In this document: positions 28,885 to 32,000 of the stretch, piece after piece
Numbering within the stretch: position 1 is the stretch's first letter
Layout: each line of letters opens with the position of its first letter
NCBI GenBank assembly: GCA_963675915.1
Contig: OY780959.1
Location: 2,340,001-2,372,000, forward strand
Source of the DNA: Coprobacillaceae bacterium
GTDB taxonomy: Bacteria; Bacillota_I; Bacilli_A; Erysipelotrichales; Coprobacillaceae
Length of the DNA stretch: 32,000 nt
Reading direction: 5' to 3'
Made by a program: the position numbers and the translations under genes
The notes under the pieces: model-generated
Database searches by the model: none
Seen by the model: only the letters and a program-made list of their open reading frames with translations
What the model was told of the DNA's origin: nothing

Positions 28885-29236
28885 TGATCATACCTATCAG
28901 TTTAGCCAGAGTTTCCAAGTCTGTCGAGTCGTCAACCGAAATAGTAGCCTTGCCAATATTGACATCGAACCCCTTGGAAACAACCTTACTGTTGCAATCA
29001 ACAATATCCAGCCTGACAAGAGCTGTAGTAAATCCAGAATCCTTAACTTCATCTCTTGAGCGATTCAAATATGGCTTAGAATACTTGTGGTAGCAAAAAG
29101 CATTGTACGAAACATCGTTAGCCAAACACCATTTTTTAATGGTCAGATCACTATTGGCAGCCTCAGTAAATATCACCTGCCACTGATCATCAGAATAATT
29201 CAAATCATCACACCTCCAATTCGATGTGATAATCAT
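28874..29236 (-). CDS. tnpA: IS66-family accessory protein TnpA (Orf1)
   Basis: 120 aa. Overlaps the tnpB start by 11 nt. First gene inside the inverted repeat. Confidence 0.7.
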   Translation of the reverse strand: MIITSNWRCDDLNYSDDQWQVIFTEAANSDLTIKKWCLANDVSYNAFCYHKYSKPYLNRSRDEVKDSGFTTALVRLDIVDCNSKVVSKGFDVNIGKATISVDDSTDLETLAKLIGMINEA

Positions 29237-29283
29237 ACCATCAATGAACTCGACAACCTACCACCGCTCTATTTGACGCATAC

Positions 29284-29291
29284 AAAGAACA
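29284..29291. repeat. Target-site duplication AAAGAACA (right)
   Basis: Identical to 26521-26528. Confidence 0.9.
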
Positions 29292-29371
29292 TAATAAAAA
29301 TCCTAAATATGTTAAACAGACCTAAGAAAAGTATTCTTAGGTCTATTTTGATACAATATAGTAACTTTACA
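29292..29371 (+). repeat. Distal part of copy B of the rumA 3'-end/terminator repeat
   Basis: Continues the alignment with 24327-24401, including the same terminator hairpin. Confidence 0.75.
29318..29350 (+). terminator. Terminator hairpin homologous to the rumA terminator
   Basis: AGACCTAAGAA-aagta-TTCTTAGGTCT followed by ATTTTG. Confidence 0.7.
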
Positions 29372-29664
29372 AAAAAAACAAATTCCGTAAAATTCTAGTT
29401 ATTTTCGATATATTTTGCAGATGTAATATGTGAAACTTAAGATTTTCTTAAATTTAATGTAAGCGATTGATAATGTGTGTCGGAATAGGTATCATAAGTT
29501 GTGAAATAAATCATATTGAACATTAAAACACAAATATCGTTGAACTTGGAATTATTTGATCTCTTACGTAACAACTTACGCTGTGGTGCTCGATTTTACG
29601 ATGAAGACAATTTACGTGTCCTGATTTAATATTCATATCTTATCAATGAACGCGGAGGGTTATT

Positions 29665-30072
29665 ATGAGAATAAACAAAAAAGCTTTGATTAGCGCTACA
29701 TCATTTATATTATTTTTCACTGCTTTTTTTATCTTGGGAAGACTTTCAAAAGAAGCAGATATTAATCACGAAAATTCAGTTCTAAGAGATGGAGCGTATC
29801 AATCTGTTCCAGGAGAAGGGATACTTACTACTGTAAGTATCTGGTTAAGAAATGATTCCTGGGAACTATTTTATTACACTGGATCTGGAGATGCAGAAAG
29901 ATTTAGTGGGGATCTTGAGCCCATAGGTGATTGTTTATTCTTGATAAATTCGGATCAATTTGACTATGACGTTGTATCCGTTGAAAAAGAGTATCTTCTG
30001 TTAATAGACACTGACAGCAACAATGTCATAAAAGCTAACAAGGTTTCAGATACGCCTTTCACAATCGAATAA
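29665..30072 (+). CDS. Hypothetical signal-anchored or secreted 135-aa protein
   Basis: GGAGGG SD. N-terminal KK plus a hydrophobic helix. No recognisable domain. Confidence 0.6.
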   Translation: MRINKKALISATSFILFFTAFFILGRLSKEADINHENSVLRDGAYQSVPGEGILTTVSIWLRNDSWELFYYTGSGDAERFSGDLEPIGDCLFLINSDQFDYDVVSVEKEYLLLIDTDSNNVIKANKVSDTPFTIE

Positions 30073-30224
30073 ACTTCAAATTATCTTAAACTAAAAGATC
30101 CATAAGTTTAGAACGTCACGAAGTATATTTTGCCCTTGGGGAAATTATATAAAGGGCTAGTGGATATGTTTATTTAATAAACATTATAGAACAAAATTAG
30201 TTGAAAGTGGAAAGGAGAGGGCTT

Positions 30225-30446
30225 ATGAGTTTTATGCAAGTAGTTGTTTTTATGGGGTCATTCACAATATGGATCACATCGATAATTTTTGTTTCGAGCT
30301 TATTGTCAGCAATCGAGGCTATTCATAAAGACAAACCATATGGCACTGCAACTTTAGTATGTGCGATTAGTTTTTTAATGACGGTAGCCCCAATAATGGT
30401 GGGTATATCATTATTAACAGTTGGGGATTTATCATATCTACGATGA
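30225..30446 (+). CDS. Hypothetical small 2-TM membrane protein (73 aa)
   Basis: Track ORF (TTG 30201) trimmed to ATG 30225 after GGAAAGGAGAGGG. Two hydrophobic helices. Confidence 0.55.
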   Translation: MSFMQVVVFMGSFTIWITSIIFVSSLLSAIEAIHKDKPYGTATLVCAISFLMTVAPIMVGISLLTVGDLSYLR

Positions 30447-30897
30447 ATAGTGGAGAGGTTGTTTTTTAACCTGATACAGATAATGTTATCGGGGCGGTAA
30501 AAAAATTTTGAGAGAGAACATTTATTCAGCACATTCAACATAAAAGAAGATTCAAAATTATTAACAAAATGACATTAATAGTTTTGATTGTAAATGTCGG
30601 AAACCATGGATTTGATTAGTTAAATACAGTAATGGATATAGTGATTTTTTCTGTTTTGAGACTGTGTGTTACCATATGAGTTATTTGCTTGCAGCTTTGA
30701 AAAGTGATTTCTTGGGATTAACCTATAGAGTATACTTCCCAAAAATATAATTGCTTACCAGTTTTTTAATCAATTTGGTATGTTGTTTCAAGCTTACAGT
30801 TGGCATTTCATGCGTCTACGAGTACTGTCTTTCTTGATGTGAGACAAGATTTCATTACTCAAAACTTAAACATTTAATGAGAAAATATAATACAAAA

Positions 30898-30936
30898 AGG
30901 GGCTACCACTTACTTATATGGGCAGTAGCCTCTTTT
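30898..30936. terminator. Possible bidirectional terminator hairpin in the ORF-poor region
   Basis: AAAAAGGGGCTAC ... GTAGCCTCTTTTG (8-bp stem including one G-U pair, 18-nt loop). Confidence 0.4.
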
Positions 30937-31271
30937 GATTATATTCAGTTTTTGGAAATGGACTGTGAACTTTACAGCCCGCAACAGATATCATCAACTG
31001 GTTGGTAATATCTTAAATTTCCTGGGGGTAAAAAATATACTCCTCGCACTAAGTCATATCATTACATTGCAGGAATCATTTTATGCTTATAGGAACCATC
31101 ATCACTCATATGAAATTGGCCTCGGGATTAACAGTGTCTGAACTTGATAATACTTCTTCAATATTAATAATATTCTCAGGAAATTGGCGAAAGTACTTTA
31201 ATTTTGATTTCATTGTGAATAAGTATTATGATTAGTATATATAGTTTCTTAAAAATACCAGAAAGGTTACC

Positions 31272-31365
31272 CTGTTGAATTGATGATTGGAGTCATAAAA
31301 TGAAAGATGAAGAAGAAGTTCTGATTGTAATTACTTATGAAAATGAATTGACTTATTACGATGAT
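31272..31365 (+). repeat. Copy 2 of the ~90-nt repeat (see 26381-26475), with a 1-nt indel relative to copy 1
   Basis: See the alignment given for copy 1. Confidence 0.7.
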
Positions 31366-31407
31366 GAAGCAGCCGAAAATGATTATCCTATAAAAAGTGG
31401 CGATTAG
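31300..31407 (+). CDS. Possible 35-aa ORF homologous to the N-terminal part of the 26389 ORF. May be a remnant.
   Basis: MKDEEEVLIVITYENELTYY aligns with KDNEEVRIIITYEKELTITY. No convincing SD. Confidence 0.25.
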   Translation: MKDEEEVLIVITYENELTYYDDEAAENDYPIKSGD

Positions 31408-31629
31408 AGATAGAAACTAATCATTGAATCGATCTGAGTGGTCTAAAATGTAAATTGATCAGTTTTATCGGACTGTATTCGATTCTTTCTAATCCTAATA
31501 ATATTAGACAAGCCCACAAAGCATTTATCTGCATAATCTACTCATTAATATCTGAAATATAATAAACATCTGATTTGGAATATTATAAATGACCTTAAAC
31601 ACATAATATGTTTTCACGGAGGCGGTTTT

Positions 31630-32000
31630 ATGTATAATATGAAGTTCAATACTTTTGCCATAGCTAAGGAAATTGATCTTAATAAAATTGCAGTTGCATG
31701 TGGCATCAAGAAGAAGTACGCATGGGAAGAAGCACTAATCATTCATGATTCTTTGCTGGAAAAAATAATTGGCGAAAAAATTGAAAATGATGAGAAAGTA
31801 TTAATTTATTTTTTTGGTAGTGTTGTTTTCATCAACTCCACCAGGAAACATATTGAAAGATTTATGGGATACCTTAAAAAATTGCAACCAAATATTAATG
31901 ATAGATATGAAGCTTTTGACGAAAATTATGCCATTAATATAGCATCTGAGGAGAGTATAGAATTGACTGACCGTTATGTTCAAGTCCCTCAAATGGAATT
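31630..32000 (+). CDS. RMD1/DUF155-like protein, 3'-truncated by the window edge
   Basis: ATG 31630 after GGAGG. Open to the window end, which is why it is absent from the ORF track. The VLIYFFGSVVFIN motif is typical of the family as I recall it. Confidence 0.55.
   Translation, partial: MYNMKFNTFAIAKEIDLNKIAVACGIKKKYAWEEALIIHDSLLEKIIGEKIENDEKVLIYFFGSVVFINSTRKHIERFMGYLKKLQPNINDRYEAFDENYAINIASEESIELTDRYVQVPQME

Larger units (their letters stand above)
26529..29283 (-). mobile_element. Intact IS66-family insertion sequence (2755 bp; tnpA-tnpB-tnpC)
   Basis: 23-bp perfect terminal inverted repeats GTATGCGTCAAATAGAGCGGTGG (26529-26551; reverse complement at 29261-29283). The 8-bp TSD is typical of IS66. 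All three ORFs are canonical and intact. Confidence 0.93.

Noticed and set aside
29459-29465. GTAAGCG, the canonical start of IS66-family inverted repeats, as a possible solo IS end.
   Set aside because: Only 7 nt match. There is no extended similarity to the resident IS inverted repeat and no partner or TSD. This is compatible with chance.
30323-31141. Track ORFs 30323..30541 (-) and 30935..31141 (+).
   Set aside because: Neither has an SD. They overlap a better-supported gene or the hairpin terminator, and their compositions are unremarkable. They are treated as spurious.
31083-31235. A 50-aa ORF with a faint XRE-like HTH signature.
   Set aside because: It has no SD, the similarity is weak and subjective, and it sits in a region of evident decay.

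Overview
This looks like a chromosomal segment from a low-GC Bacillota-type genome, probably an anaerobe. All calls come from reading the ORF translations and the DNA by eye; no searches were run. Positions 1-24.3 kb are ordinary core genome. They hold gltB (5'-truncated) and gltD, the c-di-AMP operon cdaA-cdaR-glmM, an OmpR-type two-component system and a transglutaminase-like lipoprotein. Next come a TetR regulator with a large Fe-S/flavin ene-reductase, an orphan encapsulated-ferritin-like gene, and a tightly coupled tgt-queA-queH queuosine operon on the minus strand. The core ends with a small DUF898-like membrane protein, a membrane GGDEF cyclase, a TauE/SafE permease, a four-gene cluster, a 98-aa orphan and a RumA-type 23S rRNA methyltransferase. 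The four-gene cluster is one iron-sulfur-flavoprotein-like gene plus three cyclophilin-like-fold paralogues, one of them a lipoprotein. From the rumA 3' end onward (24.3 to about 31.6 kb) the DNA is visibly more AT-rich and looks accessory. The last ~120 nt of rumA plus its terminator recur as a diverged copy 2.2 kb downstream. That second copy is split by an intact IS66-family element with 23-bp perfect inverted repeats and an 8-bp target duplication. A second ~90-nt repeat family links 26.4 kb and 31.3 kb. The islet genes include a frameshifted membrane-anchored protein, an EEP-fold nuclease/phosphatase, small membrane proteins, and a 1.2-kb ORF-poor stretch. No tRNA, rRNA or CRISPR array was seen. 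The best candidates for undescribed biology are the Isf plus triple cyclophilin-like cluster and the integrase-less islet array accreted at the rumA 3' end.
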